Positions 6,687-17,705 of a stretch of 64,000 bases of DNA are shown one piece after another. Each line of letters begins with the position of its first letter. The first letter of the stretch is position 1. The DNA lies in NCBI GenBank assembly GCA_017534425.1, contig JAFXWB010000007.1, forward strand, positions 17,550-81,549. The letters run 5' to 3'. Position numbers and translations under genes: made by a program. The notes under the pieces were generated by a model that saw only the letters and a program-made list of their open reading frames with translations, was not told where the DNA came from and did not search any database. The stretch is from Bacilli bacterium. GTDB lineage: Bacteria; Bacillota_I; Bacilli_A; RFN20; CAG-826.

Positions 6687-7671
6687 AGATAAACATGAAT
6701 CTGAAGAACAAATTGAACAATCTCTTCGTCCTTTATATTTAAAGGACTATGTCGGCCAAGAAAACCTTAAAAATAACCTCAAAATCTTTATTGGAGCTGC
6801 AAAAGCAAGGGAGGAAGTTCTTGATCATGTCTTATTTTATGGTCCGCCTGGTTTAGGTAAAACAACACTTGCCTATATCATTGCAAACGAGATGGGCGGA
6901 AATATTAAATTGGTGAATGGCCCATCAATTGAAAGGCCTGGAGATTTAGCTTCGGTTTTATCAACTTTAGAGCCGGGAGACATTCTTTTTATCGATGAAA
7001 TTCATCGTCTTCCAAGCATGGTTGAAGAAATACTTTACGAGGCAATGGAGGACTTTAAACTTAATTTAATTGTTTCTAAAGAAACAAGTGCATCAACAAT
7101 TTGTATTGAACTACCGCCATTTACACTTGTTGGAGCTACGACAAAAGCTGGTGTTTTATCTCCTCCACTTAGGGCAAGATTTGGTATCTCTGAAAGAATC
7201 AATTATTACACTGAAGATGAACTAACAAAAATAGTCAAAAGAACCGCAAATTATTTTAATTCAACAATCGATGACATGTCTGCTCACGAAATAGCTAAAA
7301 GATCTAGAGGAACACCAAGAATTGCAAATCGAATTTTTAGAAGAGTTAGGGACTTTGCTAACTATCGTGATTCAAGCGAAATAAAACTAAATGAAACTAG
7401 GGAAGCTTTAGACGCACTTCGTATTGATGATATTGGTTTAGATGAAGTTGACATTAGGTACCTTTTGACTCTAAAAAATAGGTTTGGCGGTGGACCTGTT
7501 GGACTAGAAACAATCGCTTCTGCAATTGGCGAAGACGCATCAAATCTAGAAGAAGTCTACGAACCATATTTACTAAAAATTGCTTTTATCGATCGAACAC
7601 AAAAAGGGAGAATCTTGACTAGTAAAGGAAGGGCTCATTTGAAGACTCTTAAAGACATATTTACTTTGTAA
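6667..7671 (+). CDS. ruvB: Holliday junction DNA helicase RuvB
   Basis: LRP..L.DY.GQ, Walker A GPPGLGKTT, and DEIHRL. Confidence 0.95.
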   Translation: MPRLADKDKHESEEQIEQSLRPLYLKDYVGQENLKNNLKIFIGAAKAREEVLDHVLFYGPPGLGKTTLAYIIANEMGGNIKLVNGPSIERPGDLASVLSTLEPGDILFIDEIHRLPSMVEEILYEAMEDFKLNLIVSKETSASTICIELPPFTLVGATTKAGVLSPPLRARFGISERINYYTEDELTKIVKRTANYFNSTIDDMSAHEIAKRSRGTPRIANRIFRRVRDFANYRDSSEIKLNETREALDALRIDDIGLDEVDIRYLLTLKNRFGGGPVGLETIASAIGEDASNLEEVYEPYLLKIAFIDRTQKGRILTSKGRAHLKTLKDIFTL

Positions 7672-7847
7672 ATAAAAGTCTAATTTCGTATTATAATGCG
7701 ATATGCTTTTCTTTTCATTAATGAAAAATTTTCTATATATATGTCTAATGGGTAAAATAATACTTTCTTTACTTATAAAGTAATAAGTAGTAAAATCTTA
7801 CGCGACATCAAAAATTCATATTTATTACATAAAAAGGAAAAATCATT

Positions 7848-10532
7848 ATGCGTCGATTAATAGCTTATATTACAACCGCAATAGCAATGCTACTTGCAAT
7901 TGGAGTTGCCGCTACTCCAGTTATAACAAAACTAAATAACGGTCGTGAATTCACCAGTGGTAAGAGTTATAGAGAACTCGTTTTTAACATTGCCGAAGGT
8001 GATAATGAAGAAGAAAATGCTAACAGAGCCTCAACAGTCGCAGAACAAATGCGTGAGAGATTAAATAGTTACAACGTTGAAGACTATTCAATCAAAATCC
8101 AAGGCGAAGACACAATTGCTGTCGCTCTTGATATGGATAGCAAAGAATTCAATTATTGTGCAAAATATCTCACATTCTCCGGTGAAAGCTTTGCTTTAGT
8201 TTCTTCAAACGGCACTTCAGTTCGTAATGAACACAAACTTTTCAACGCAGATGATGTCAGAATTGATTATAAAGGCGACGCAAATATTCCAGTAGTCATC
8301 ATCCCAGTTACAGATGAAGGAAAACAAGACATCAAAGATCTTTGTAAAGAATTCGAAACTGAAGATAATGACGATAACAAATCAATTATCCGCCGTGGTG
8401 CAATGGAAGTTTCCGCAGACGGTGAAGAAGAAAGCGAAGAAACCCCAAGCAATTATCTTTATCTTTGGGCTAACTTTGATGAAGGAAAAGGCGAAAGTTT
8501 AGAATCACTTAATAAAGATCCAATCGCAAGAGAAAAAGTCTTAATGGCATTCAATCCAGAATCAATCTGGTACGAAGATTCAAAAGAAGCAGAAACTGAA
8601 ATCTTCTATATGTGTGCTACAGCCGAACAAGATAATCCAAACCAATTAGATATCTCCGGTTTAAAGGATGATAACGCAAGAGCCAACTATTTAGTTGGAC
8701 TTCTTAAAGCAAGCGCATATAAATTTGAAGTTAGCTGTCCAACAGTTAGCGTTTCTGAAACAACAATGACTGTTGATTATTTCACAAATGCTAGAGTTTT
8801 ATCAGCTTCCGCCGAATCACTTTTAAGCTTAGGTAATAACGTTAACATTAAGTTAACATCCAAGACATTTATTGCTGTTGCAATCGCTGTTGTAATTGTT
8901 TCATTACTTTTAATCGTTTACTATCGTTTAAGTGCTCTTGCAATTATTGCAACTTCTCTTGGAACACTCTTTATTACTTTAGTTTCATTCACCTCAATGC
9001 ACGTTTTATTCAATATTCCAGCAGTTATTGGATTTATTATCCTTTCCGCTGGTGTGTTATTTGGTGAAATCGCATATGTTAACCGTTTCAAAGAAGAAGT
9101 CTACAAAGGACGTACAATTAAGAAAGCTAACCAAGAAGCAAGCAAGAAAACCAACCTTATCACAATTGATTCCGGTATTATCTTAGCCTTCTCCGGCTTA
9201 ATGATGTATGCCCTTGGTGGAACAGCCCTTAAACCATTAGGTGTTGTTCTCTTCTTTGGTGCAGTATTCACCTTGTTAATGAACTTACTTGTCTTCAAAC
9301 TTTTGATGTATCTTGTAACAAATTCAACCAATTTACAACAAAAGCACAATGTATTTAACATTGATGGTGAAAAAGTGCCAAATATTATGGCAGTAGAAGA
9401 AAAACAAACTTACGAAGCTCCATATGAGAAAGTTGATTTCACAAAGAGAAAAGGAATCGTCTCCATTATCTTCGGTGTTTTATCAGCAGCTGCAGTTGCA
9501 TGTATTGTCGTATTTAGTGTTATGTCACCAACAAAATCACCACTCAATGTTGAAAAGGCCGTTAGTGATACAACTGTAATTTACACATCAGTTAAAGCTG
9601 ATAACGATAATCCACTTATTTCTGACGCATCTTCATATGTTCAATATGTCTTAAAAGACACAGATTATGCTTCAGTTAAAGGAATTGAAGATCAAGTCGA
9701 ATTTAAGAAAGTTTCTAAATATGTTTACGAAAGTGAAGAAAACCAAGAAACTCAAGAATATTATTTCTTTACATTAAATGTAAATGAAAAATTAAGCGAA
9801 GAACAACGTAGTGCACTTGAAGAAACACTCAATCAAAATTTGATTGATGTTATGCCATCAAATGAACTTACATATTCCGCAGTTAGAAATTCTCAAGAAT
9901 TAATCTATACACCAAGCCAAGGTTATGTTGCTTTAGCAACAGGTATCTCAATCGTTGGTATTGCATTATACTTTGCATTTAGATTCCGCCCATCAAGAGG
10001 ACTTTCTGTCCTTCTTGTCACTACTGGCACAACCGCAATTGCCTATGGTGTCATGGTTGGAATGAGATTCATTGGTACAACTGCTATTACTTCCCTTGCA
10101 ATGCCAGTTGTTGCTGTTACTATGATGCTTGCATCATTATTCTATCTCTCGACTGAGAAAACAATGCTTAAAGAAGGCAAATTCGAGCTTACTAAAGAAG
10201 TTAGAAAAGAAACAATGGTTAAAGCTATTGGCAAATCTGCATCTGCTATGTTTGCATTCATGCTTATTAACATTTATGTTATCATCAACTTCTTCGGATT
10301 TGGTGTCGAAAACACAGCTCTCTTATTTGCTTCCGCAATGATCGGTGAAGTCGTTGCAGTTATCGCACTTCTTTGTGTCACTGGTCCACTTGCTGGCGCA
10401 TTTGAAAGATTATTCTCCAAGATTCATCTTCCAAAGATTAAATGGTTTAATAAAGATAACAAACCAAGACAAGCCGCAAGACGTAATTCAAGCGAACCAG
10501 AAGAAACAATCTTCATCGGTATTAACGACTAA
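7848..10532 (+). CDS. secDF: Fused protein-export membrane protein SecDF (divergent, long acidic extracytoplasmic regions)
   Basis: Contains two RND-like 6-TM modules, each preceded by a large hydrophilic domain. It follows ruvAB, as in Bacillus. Confidence 0.75.
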   Translation: MRRLIAYITTAIAMLLAIGVAATPVITKLNNGREFTSGKSYRELVFNIAEGDNEEENANRASTVAEQMRERLNSYNVEDYSIKIQGEDTIAVALDMDSKEFNYCAKYLTFSGESFALVSSNGTSVRNEHKLFNADDVRIDYKGDANIPVVIIPVTDEGKQDIKDLCKEFETEDNDDNKSIIRRGAMEVSADGEEESEETPSNYLYLWANFDEGKGESLESLNKDPIAREKVLMAFNPESIWYEDSKEAETEIFYMCATAEQDNPNQLDISGLKDDNARANYLVGLLKASAYKFEVSCPTVSVSETTMTVDYFTNARVLSASAESLLSLGNNVNIKLTSKTFIAVAIAVVIVSLLLIVYYRLSALAIIATSLGTLFITLVSFTSMHVLFNIPAVIGFIILSAGVLFGEIAYVNRFKEEVYKGRTIKKANQEASKKTNLITIDSGIILAFSGLMMYALGGTALKPLGVVLFFGAVFTLLMNLLVFKLLMYLVTNSTNLQQKHNVFNIDGEKVPNIMAVEEKQTYEAPYEKVDFTKRKGIVSIIFGVLSAAAVACIVVFSVMSPTKSPLNVEKAVSDTTVIYTSVKADNDNPLISDASSYVQYVLKDTDYASVKGIEDQVEFKKVSKYVYESEENQETQEYYFFTLNVNEKLSEEQRSALEETLNQNLIDVMPSNELTYSAVRNSQELIYTPSQGYVALATGISIVGIALYFAFRFRPSRGLSVLLVTTGTTAIAYGVMVGMRFIGTTAITSLAMPVVAVTMMLASLFYLSTEKTMLKEGKFELTKEVRKETMVKAIGKSASAMFAFMLINIYVIINFFGFGVENTALLFASAMIGEVVAVIALLCVTGPLAGAFERLFSKIHLPKIKWFNKDNKPRQAARRNSSEPEETIFIGIND

Positions 10533-10538
10533 TTTTAT

Positions 10539-10566
10539 AAAGGGCATTTATGCCCTTTTATTTTAT
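10539..10566 (+). terminator. Intrinsic terminator after secDF
   Basis: aagggca-ttta-tgccctt hairpin followed by a T-rich run. Confidence 0.7.
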
Positions 10567-12124
10567 GGATTTTAGGAAAGAAATTTTAAACTACTATTCT
10601 CTTAGCGAGGACGATTATAAAGAACTCACTAAACCTTTAAGCGATCTTAAGCTTCCTGATTTTAATGCACCTCCTGATATGCAAAAGATTAAGGAAAGAA
10701 TCTTTAAAGCTATCAAAAGTAAAGAAAAAGTTATTATTTATGGCGACTATGATTGTGATGGAATTTGTTCGACCGCAATTATGGCCAAAACTTTCGAAAA
10801 ATTAGGTTATAAAGCAGCTTACTATATTCCAACAAGATATAACGATGGTTATGGTCTTAACGTTAATAACGTTATAAAGATTAAAGAAGCCGGTTTTAGC
10901 CTTATTATCACCGTGGATAATGGTATTAGCCAACATGAGGCAATAGATAAGGCAAATGAACTTGGAATGGGCGTTATTGTAATTGATCACCACGAAACTC
11001 CAGAAGAACAAGTTCATGCTTTAGGTATTATTCATCCAAGTGTCTCACATATTTCAGAAGAATTTGGTTGTGGTGCTTTTATGTCTTTAATTACATCTGC
11101 TGCTCTTTTAGGATCATATGATCCTTATTTAACTACTTTAGCAGGTCTTGCCACTATCTCCGATATGATGGAATTAAGAAACTTTAATCGAAATGTAGTT
11201 CGAATCGCCTTAGATAATCTAAGAAATAATAGATATCCGACCTTGATGTCACTTATTGAAGGCGATACTATCACCGAGAAAAGTTTTGGGCTAGAAGTCG
11301 CCCCAAAAATTAACGCTGTTGGACGTCTTGTGGATGATAAAAATATCAATCTTTTGGTGAAATTTTTATTAAGCGAAGATGAGAATGAAATTTTTAAGAT
11401 TTCTTCATGGATTAAAAACACAAATGAGCTTCGAAAAACGCTCACAAAAGAAGCGGTGGAAGACCTTCCAAAAGACATGTTTAATGAAGAAGGAATTGTC
11501 ATCAAATTAGACATAAAAGAAGGCTTAATTGGGCTTATAGCAAACAAACTTTTGAATGAATATAATGTTCCTGTTATTGTTTTCACAAATGATTCGATTG
11601 ATAAAACCTTCCTAAAAGGAAGTATTCGCTCAAAAGAAGGATTTAATGTTCAAAAAGCATTCGAATCTTTAAGTAAATATATTGTCGGAGGAGGTGGTCA
11701 CGCCTTCGCTGGAGGACTAACCATAAAAGAGGCTGATTTAGAAGCATTCACGAGTGATTTTATTAAGCTTTGTCGTGAGTATAAATTTACTAAAGTTGAA
11801 CCACCTTCAATTGAAATAAAACTCCAAGATATTAACTTCACAAATTACGGGATTTTACGTGAATTTTCACCTTTCGGAATCGGTTTTCCTGAGCCAACAT
11901 TTTCACTAAAAGATTTACCTACAAAATCACTTCAATTTATTAGTTTCGGAAAACATTTATCGACCCCAATTTCGATCAATTCTAAAATACTTGGATTTAA
12001 TATGAACGAAAGCGAAATAAAATCACATTCATCCATTGATTTATTTGGTAATTTATTAACCTCAACTTACCGCGGGAAAACGACTGTTGAATTTAGAGTT
12101 AGTGATTTTATCACTAAAATGTAA
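10565..12124 (+). CDS. recJ: Single-stranded-DNA-specific exonuclease RecJ
   Basis: DHH motifs (GDYDCDG, DNG, DHH) and a DHHA1 GGGH motif. The start was moved to MDFRKE because the listed ATG at 10550 lies in the terminator loop. No clear SD. Confidence 0.85.
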   Translation: MDFRKEILNYYSLSEDDYKELTKPLSDLKLPDFNAPPDMQKIKERIFKAIKSKEKVIIYGDYDCDGICSTAIMAKTFEKLGYKAAYYIPTRYNDGYGLNVNNVIKIKEAGFSLIITVDNGISQHEAIDKANELGMGVIVIDHHETPEEQVHALGIIHPSVSHISEEFGCGAFMSLITSAALLGSYDPYLTTLAGLATISDMMELRNFNRNVVRIALDNLRNNRYPTLMSLIEGDTITEKSFGLEVAPKINAVGRLVDDKNINLLVKFLLSEDENEIFKISSWIKNTNELRKTLTKEAVEDLPKDMFNEEGIVIKLDIKEGLIGLIANKLLNEYNVPVIVFTNDSIDKTFLKGSIRSKEGFNVQKAFESLSKYIVGGGGHAFAGGLTIKEADLEAFTSDFIKLCREYKFTKVEPPSIEIKLQDINFTNYGILREFSPFGIGFPEPTFSLKDLPTKSLQFISFGKHLSTPISINSKILGFNMNESEIKSHSSIDLFGNLLTSTYRGKTTVEFRVSDFITKM

Positions 12125-12234
12125 TTATTTAGATTTCATTGTATCTTTTTCACGCGTAGACACGCAAAATGCGCTTAAATATACGCGTTTTTTTGTTATA
12201 TAATGATTATTAATATGTTAAAAGGAGCCTAATT

Positions 12235-14481
12235 ATGAAAAAGAAATTGCTTCTATTTTTACCAATTGCGTTTTTACTTTGCTCTTGTGATAACGCTTTA
12301 ACGAGATTATCAATTGGAAATTGGAAACCTTTTGGTTTCCTTGCAGATAAAGAACAAGAGGAAGAAGAGCCAAAGGATGACGGAGTTCATCCAGGTGACG
12401 TCACTCCAGAAGACATGAAAACTCACGCTACTTCTTTAACACTTACGCCAAGCGCTCCTTTCCAATTAAAAGTTGGTGAATCCAAGGATTTATCTGTCTC
12501 ATTAGACAATATGTCTAAAATCGATGATAGTGAGAAAAAATTTGAATGGTCACTTAGTGGAGATGCTGTTGAATATACTCTTGACGAAGACAGCACAAGA
12601 AAAGCTACTGTAGTCGGTGTTAAATCTGGCAGCGCTCAATTAACAGTTACAAATACTTATAATAGAAACCTTTCCAAAGCTTTTAAGATTACCGTTATCG
12701 ATTTTAATGGTGAAAATGACTATTTATGGCAGTTTAATAATGAAAATAAGGCCCCATATTATAATGATTTATCAAAATTTGATAAAAAAGAAGGCAGAGT
12801 AAATCTTAGAGGAATTGAATGGGACTATTACCGTGAAAAAGGTGTTAAAGCACATTCTGGAAATGGTGGTCTCTGTTTCGGCTTATCTGGAGGCAATGGA
12901 AGTGATCCAAATCCTGAAACAAGAGTTACCTTTGAGGCCTTAAATTCAAGAAAAGTTAAGTCAATTTCTATTGAGGCAAGTTCTACAAATTCATTATCAA
13001 AAATGACTGTTAAAGTTGGTGATGCTACATTTATAAATAATGTAACTTTAGAAAAACCATCCGGAAATGTTCTTTCAACTTATAGTTCTTTAAGTTCAAT
13101 AACTCCTGCTGCAGGCAATATCTTAATTGATATTGAAACACCTGAATATAGCATGTCAGAAGCAGCTGCAGATCCATATTATAAATCTCCTGGAAATTGT
13201 TGCATAAAATCAATTTTCATTTCATTTGAAGAAAATCCTAGTTACGTGACAACTAAGAATTATGATTTTAGAGCAATGTATAACGATGAAACTGATACTG
13301 TTCTTCATACATTAGGAACAACTGCGAAAGAAGTTAACATTTCAGACGCTGATTTCAATATTAAAATTGAAAAAGCAAAGCAATCTGGCACTGGTGAAGA
13401 TGACAAAATTCAAGGCGTTGCTTTGACCAATGGTTTTATTGAAATTTCTTTAAATAAAGAAAATGAAGTATTTTCGATGGTTGAAATGCAGTTTGAATAT
13501 GGTACTTCAACTTCTAAGAACATTTTCAGTTTACAAACAACTCGTTCCGGTGGTTCTCCGTTCTCAAATTCTCAATTCTATAATGATAAAGATACTGGAC
13601 TATTGAAAACTTATGTTTTCCCAGACAACACAAATAAGATTCGTTTAGAACCTCATAATAGTTTTAACGTCGGTCTTGACTCATTAAAAATTTCAACAAG
13701 AACTGGTGTTCAAGCAACAATAAAAGAAGTCGTTGCTCCAGTTTCATTCCGTGCTGACAAAATGGACTATGTAACTGGTGAATATTTTAATCCAACTGGT
13801 CTACCTAATGTAAATCTTGTTTTTAACGAGGATAGTATTAGAGATGATTATCTTTCACCTACTGATTTTGAATGGTTTGATGGCGCTTCTTATGATTCAA
13901 ATCCTGCAAGTGCTACACAAACTTTGCAAACTGGAACAACTTATGTTTACGGTGTTTTTAGAAACTCATACGTCGTTAAAGTGAACGGAATAACTGTTTC
14001 TGATTTACAACTTAATTTAACACTAGTTAAAAATACTTCAGAATTAAACTCATCTGATCATTTCTATTTGATCGCAAAAGATGCTGACAAACTTTTGATG
14101 AGTTCGTCTGGCGCAGATATGAAAAATACGTCTGGCTTTGAACAATTAAACGTTGAATCATATAGTGACAATATTGGAATTTCTGCAAAGTATGATAATG
14201 ACTATTTCGTCTTCAATTCATCTGGAGAAAAATTTGCTATTAAAGCAACAACAGCTCAATTTATTGGAATGACTAATACCGGAGGTGTAAGTATTTCTCA
14301 AAATCCAGCAAATAAATATTTTGATATATCAATTGATGCAAATACTGGTGTTGTCACTTTAAAAATTGAAAAATCTGCTGATTCAACATATGTAAGATAT
14401 TTATGTTTCGACTCAAGCGAAGGGAAAATCGCTTTAAGCGAAAGTCTTGTTGCAAATTTCTGCATTTATAAAAAAGCATAA
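12235..14481 (+). CDS. Large surface lipoprotein with a Big_2-like Ig domain
   Basis: Signal peptide plus lipobox (AFLLCSC). The segment LTLTP..L.VGESKDLSV...ATVVGVKSGSAQLTVT resembles bacterial Ig-like group 2. The rest is unassigned. Confidence 0.7.
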   Translation: MKKKLLLFLPIAFLLCSCDNALTRLSIGNWKPFGFLADKEQEEEEPKDDGVHPGDVTPEDMKTHATSLTLTPSAPFQLKVGESKDLSVSLDNMSKIDDSEKKFEWSLSGDAVEYTLDEDSTRKATVVGVKSGSAQLTVTNTYNRNLSKAFKITVIDFNGENDYLWQFNNENKAPYYNDLSKFDKKEGRVNLRGIEWDYYREKGVKAHSGNGGLCFGLSGGNGSDPNPETRVTFEALNSRKVKSISIEASSTNSLSKMTVKVGDATFINNVTLEKPSGNVLSTYSSLSSITPAAGNILIDIETPEYSMSEAAADPYYKSPGNCCIKSIFISFEENPSYVTTKNYDFRAMYNDETDTVLHTLGTTAKEVNISDADFNIKIEKAKQSGTGEDDKIQGVALTNGFIEISLNKENEVFSMVEMQFEYGTSTSKNIFSLQTTRSGGSPFSNSQFYNDKDTGLLKTYVFPDNTNKIRLEPHNSFNVGLDSLKISTRTGVQATIKEVVAPVSFRADKMDYVTGEYFNPTGLPNVNLVFNEDSIRDDYLSPTDFEWFDGASYDSNPASATQTLQTGTTYVYGVFRNSYVVKVNGITVSDLQLNLTLVKNTSELNSSDHFYLIAKDADKLLMSSSGADMKNTSGFEQLNVESYSDNIGISAKYDNDYFVFNSSGEKFAIKATTAQFIGMTNTGGVSISQNPANKYFDISIDANTGVVTLKIEKSADSTYVRYLCFDSSEGKIALSESLVANFCIYKKA

Positions 14482-14503
14482 TCATCGTATTTTTCAAAGA
14501 GAA

Positions 14504-14527
14504 GGCATCCACTAGGATGCTTTTTCT
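14504..14527 (+). terminator. Intrinsic terminator
   Basis: gcatcc-acta-ggatgc followed by TTTTTC. Confidence 0.7.
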
Positions 14528-14578
14528 TTATTAAAAAAGTGAATATTGTATAATATTCTTAGAAAAGAGGAGAACACT

Positions 14579-15382
14579 ATGAAAAAAAGATTATTCTTAG
14601 TCCCTTTAATTGGTGGTTTTTTACTTGCAAGCTGTAGTCTTGAAGATTTAATGTTTTGGAAGAAAAACAGCGAACCAGAGCAAGGAAAGAAAGAACAAGA
14701 ATTTAAACCTGACCCAGTACCACCAGAAGATACAACTGATCATTCACCAGTTTTAAAAGAAGAATTTGGCGATTATAAGTTAGCTAAAACAGTTGAAGAA
14801 GGAAAAAGATACATTTTAGGTGTCTATAGACACGAAACTGATATAATGAGATTTTTCAGTGGCGATTATCATAGAGATGCAAAAGGTTTCTATCCATACT
14901 ATCTTGGAACCTTAGCTGCAGATGAAACTACTGGAGCGGCAGAAATCGAAATTAAATTTAAAGAAGGTAGTACCACAGAATTTTCTATGCGAGTGTTTAC
15001 TACTGATACCGAACTTCCATGGAATGGAAAATACATCGGAGTTTATTCTGCAAAAGCAACTAGTAATGATGTTATTTCAATTGCCTTATTAGATTCACCA
15101 GATCAAACTGAATATTATTCTCCAGATAAACCAACTGTAAAAACTAATGCTACAAATGGTTATTGGAAATTCCATACTACTTTGAGAGATAAACAAAGAG
15201 ATGAAGACAGAACCGTTTATGCTCCTGGCGCCGACTATTTGCACGAAGAACTTGGCGACACTGAAGCCGTTCCAAAACTTCTCGGAACAAGAGGAAAATT
15301 TGAATCAATGGATTGTCAAACATATGAGATTGCCATTGATGGAATTGAATACGATCTCTCACACTTATACGAGCATAAGTAA
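14579..15382 (+). CDS. Lipoprotein of unknown function
   Basis: SD AGGAG lies before the ATG at 14579. Signal peptide with lipobox LLASC. The post-Cys linker resembles that of the upstream lipoprotein. Confidence 0.65.
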   Translation: MKKRLFLVPLIGGFLLASCSLEDLMFWKKNSEPEQGKKEQEFKPDPVPPEDTTDHSPVLKEEFGDYKLAKTVEEGKRYILGVYRHETDIMRFFSGDYHRDAKGFYPYYLGTLAADETTGAAEIEIKFKEGSTTEFSMRVFTTDTELPWNGKYIGVYSAKATSNDVISIALLDSPDQTEYYSPDKPTVKTNATNGYWKFHTTLRDKQRDEDRTVYAPGADYLHEELGDTEAVPKLLGTRGKFESMDCQTYEIAIDGIEYDLSHLYEHK

Positions 15383-15401
15383 ATAACTTTTAAGAAACAT
15401 A

Positions 15402-15429
15402 AGGGTAGCTTAATTGCTATCCTTTTTTC
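15402..15429 (+). terminator. Intrinsic terminator
   Basis: agggtagc-ttaatt-gctatcct followed by TTTTTT. Confidence 0.75.
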
Positions 15430-15468
15430 TTTCAAAGAAAGTAAAATGATGTATAATTACACGTAAGT

Positions 15469-17673
15469 ATGGAAAAGAAGGCCGTTGAAACTAAGATGAA
15501 ATTACATACTTTCCAAGAAGTTAAGGAAAAGTTTTTCGTCTACATTTCTAATCCAGAAGCTAGAGCTAAAATTGAAGAAGCTTATAAGTTTGCTGAAGCC
15601 GCTCATAAAGGCCAAACAAGAAAATCAGGCGAACCTTATATTCATCACTTAATCGAAGTCTGCTATATATTAGCAGATATTGGTTGTGGCCCTTCAACTC
15701 TTATTGCAGGTCTTTTACACGACACTGTTGAAGATACTGATGTCACATTAGAGCAAATTAAAGATAAATTCGGCGAAGATGTAATGAATATCGTTGATTC
15801 TTTAACTAAGATTCAACGTTTAAAACTTTCTCACCGTAGTGAAGACGAACTCGTCTATGAAGATCACCGCAAGATTTTCCTTGGAATGGCAAGAGATGTT
15901 CGTGCTATTTTGATTAAACTTGCTGATAGACTCCATAACATGAGAACCTTAGATTATCTTTCTCCTGAACGTCAAAAAGTGCTTTCAAGAGAGACTCTTG
16001 AGGTTTTCGCTCCAATTGCTCACCGTTTAGGTATGTATCAAGTAAAATCTGAACTTGAAGACTTATCTTTAAAATACCTTGAACCTGAAAAATATCGTGA
16101 AATTATTAAGATGGTTGAATCCAAAGTTAAATATGGACAAAACTCACTTAATCAAATGGCGAAAAAGATTGCTGATGACCTTTTCGAAAAAGGCATTAAG
16201 TTTGAAATGGAATCGAGAGTTAAATCTATTTATTCTATTTATAGAAAAATCTACATTAAAGGTAGAACATTTGATGAAATTTTCGATATTTTAGCGCTTC
16301 GTATTATTACCGAAACAGAACTTAACTGTTACGAAATTTTAGGTATCATCCACGCAACATATAAACCTCTTCCAGGTCGTTTTAAAGATTATATTGCCAT
16401 GCCAAAGCCAAACATGTATCAATCACTTCATACATGTATTCTTTCAGGCGATGGAAATGTTTTTGAAATTCAAATTAGAACCAAAGAAATGGATGAAATC
16501 GCTGAGTCTGGCGTTGCAGCCCACTGGAGATATAAAGAGGGAAGTAACTACAATCCGCGTAAAGAACAAAAAGAAATTGAAGAACAATTACATTGGTTTA
16601 GAGATATGGTAAATATGTCTGAGGACAATGCTGATGCAAAAGAGTACGTAGATACTCTTTCTAACGATATTTTCAATGCAAACGTCTATGTTTTCACACC
16701 ACTTGGTAAGGTAATCGAACTTCCAACCGGTGCAACTCCAATTGATTTCGCCTATAAAATCCACACAAGAGTTGGAGAAAAGACGGTTGGAGCAATTGTT
16801 AACCATGTAATGGTTCCCCTCTCTACAGAGCTAAAAACAGGCGATATCGTTGAAATTAAAACAAATGAGAAGTCTCAAGGACCAAATGAAGGTTGGCTTA
16901 ATATCGCAACAACCGGTTTTGCCAAATCTCATATTCGAAAGTTCTTAGCAAAGAAAAATGCTGAATTCACCAAAGAAGAAAAAGTCAATCGAGGCAAAGC
17001 CTCTCTTATTGAAGCATTTAAACAAATCGGAATTGGCGAATCAGATGCAATTAAATATTGTGATAACGAAAATGTTTTAAGCAAATTTAGTGTTAAAGAT
17101 TTAGATGAACTTTGCGTTGGAATTGCTAACAAAAATCCAGTTCCAGGAGCCATCATCGACTTCCTTAATTTGAGGAAGAATGATGACGTCTTAAAGCTCT
17201 CTAAAATTAGAGAAAGTGACACTAATAAATCACCAGTTTATGTAAGTGGAAATGCAGGTGATATTGCTATCACTTTAGGTAACTGTTGCACTCCTATTCC
17301 TGGAGATGAAATTGTCGGATATATTACCAAAGGTAAAGGTATCACAGTTCACCGTAAAGATTGCCCGAATATTGCTAACGAAAAGAAGCGTTTAATTGAA
17401 GTTTTTTGGAAAGAAAATTTGAAGGCTTCAACCTATCCAGTTGACCTTAAAATTGAGTGTTTTGAAAGACCTGAATTACTCATGGACATTATGCAAGTTT
17501 TCAGTCAGAAAAAGATCAATGTCACAGCTATTAACGGCGTGTTCCATCCAAACACAATGACGACGACAATTTCAGTCACAATTTATGTTGCGGACGCTCA
17601 CGTTTTACAAGATGTTGTTAACTTCCTTTTAAACGTCAAATCTGTCTACGAAGTTAATCGTTCAACCCACTAA
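15469..17673 (+). CDS. relA: Bifunctional (p)ppGpp synthetase/hydrolase Rel
   Basis: HD hydrolase motif (HHLIEV..LLHDTVEDT), RelA/SpoT synthetase domain, and TGS and ACT-like C-terminal domains. 734 aa. Confidence 0.93.
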   Translation: MEKKAVETKMKLHTFQEVKEKFFVYISNPEARAKIEEAYKFAEAAHKGQTRKSGEPYIHHLIEVCYILADIGCGPSTLIAGLLHDTVEDTDVTLEQIKDKFGEDVMNIVDSLTKIQRLKLSHRSEDELVYEDHRKIFLGMARDVRAILIKLADRLHNMRTLDYLSPERQKVLSRETLEVFAPIAHRLGMYQVKSELEDLSLKYLEPEKYREIIKMVESKVKYGQNSLNQMAKKIADDLFEKGIKFEMESRVKSIYSIYRKIYIKGRTFDEIFDILALRIITETELNCYEILGIIHATYKPLPGRFKDYIAMPKPNMYQSLHTCILSGDGNVFEIQIRTKEMDEIAESGVAAHWRYKEGSNYNPRKEQKEIEEQLHWFRDMVNMSEDNADAKEYVDTLSNDIFNANVYVFTPLGKVIELPTGATPIDFAYKIHTRVGEKTVGAIVNHVMVPLSTELKTGDIVEIKTNEKSQGPNEGWLNIATTGFAKSHIRKFLAKKNAEFTKEEKVNRGKASLIEAFKQIGIGESDAIKYCDNENVLSKFSVKDLDELCVGIANKNPVPGAIIDFLNLRKNDDVLKLSKIRESDTNKSPVYVSGNAGDIAITLGNCCTPIPGDEIVGYITKGKGITVHRKDCPNIANEKKRLIEVFWKENLKASTYPVDLKIECFERPELLMDIMQVFSQKKINVTAINGVFHPNTMTTTISVTIYVADAHVLQDVVNFLLNVKSVYEVNRSTH

Positions 17674-17705
17674 AAAAGATAAAAATCTTACTCCTTAATA
17701 ATCTG

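Noticed and set aside
10550-10564. Listed recJ start at the ATG at 10550.
   Set aside because: This ATG sits in the loop of the secDF terminator hairpin. The next in-frame ATG (10565) was used instead, although neither has a good SD.
11125-11586. 153-aa minus-strand ORF inside recJ.
   Set aside because: It is fully nested antisense to a well-supported recJ frame, with no motifs or SD.
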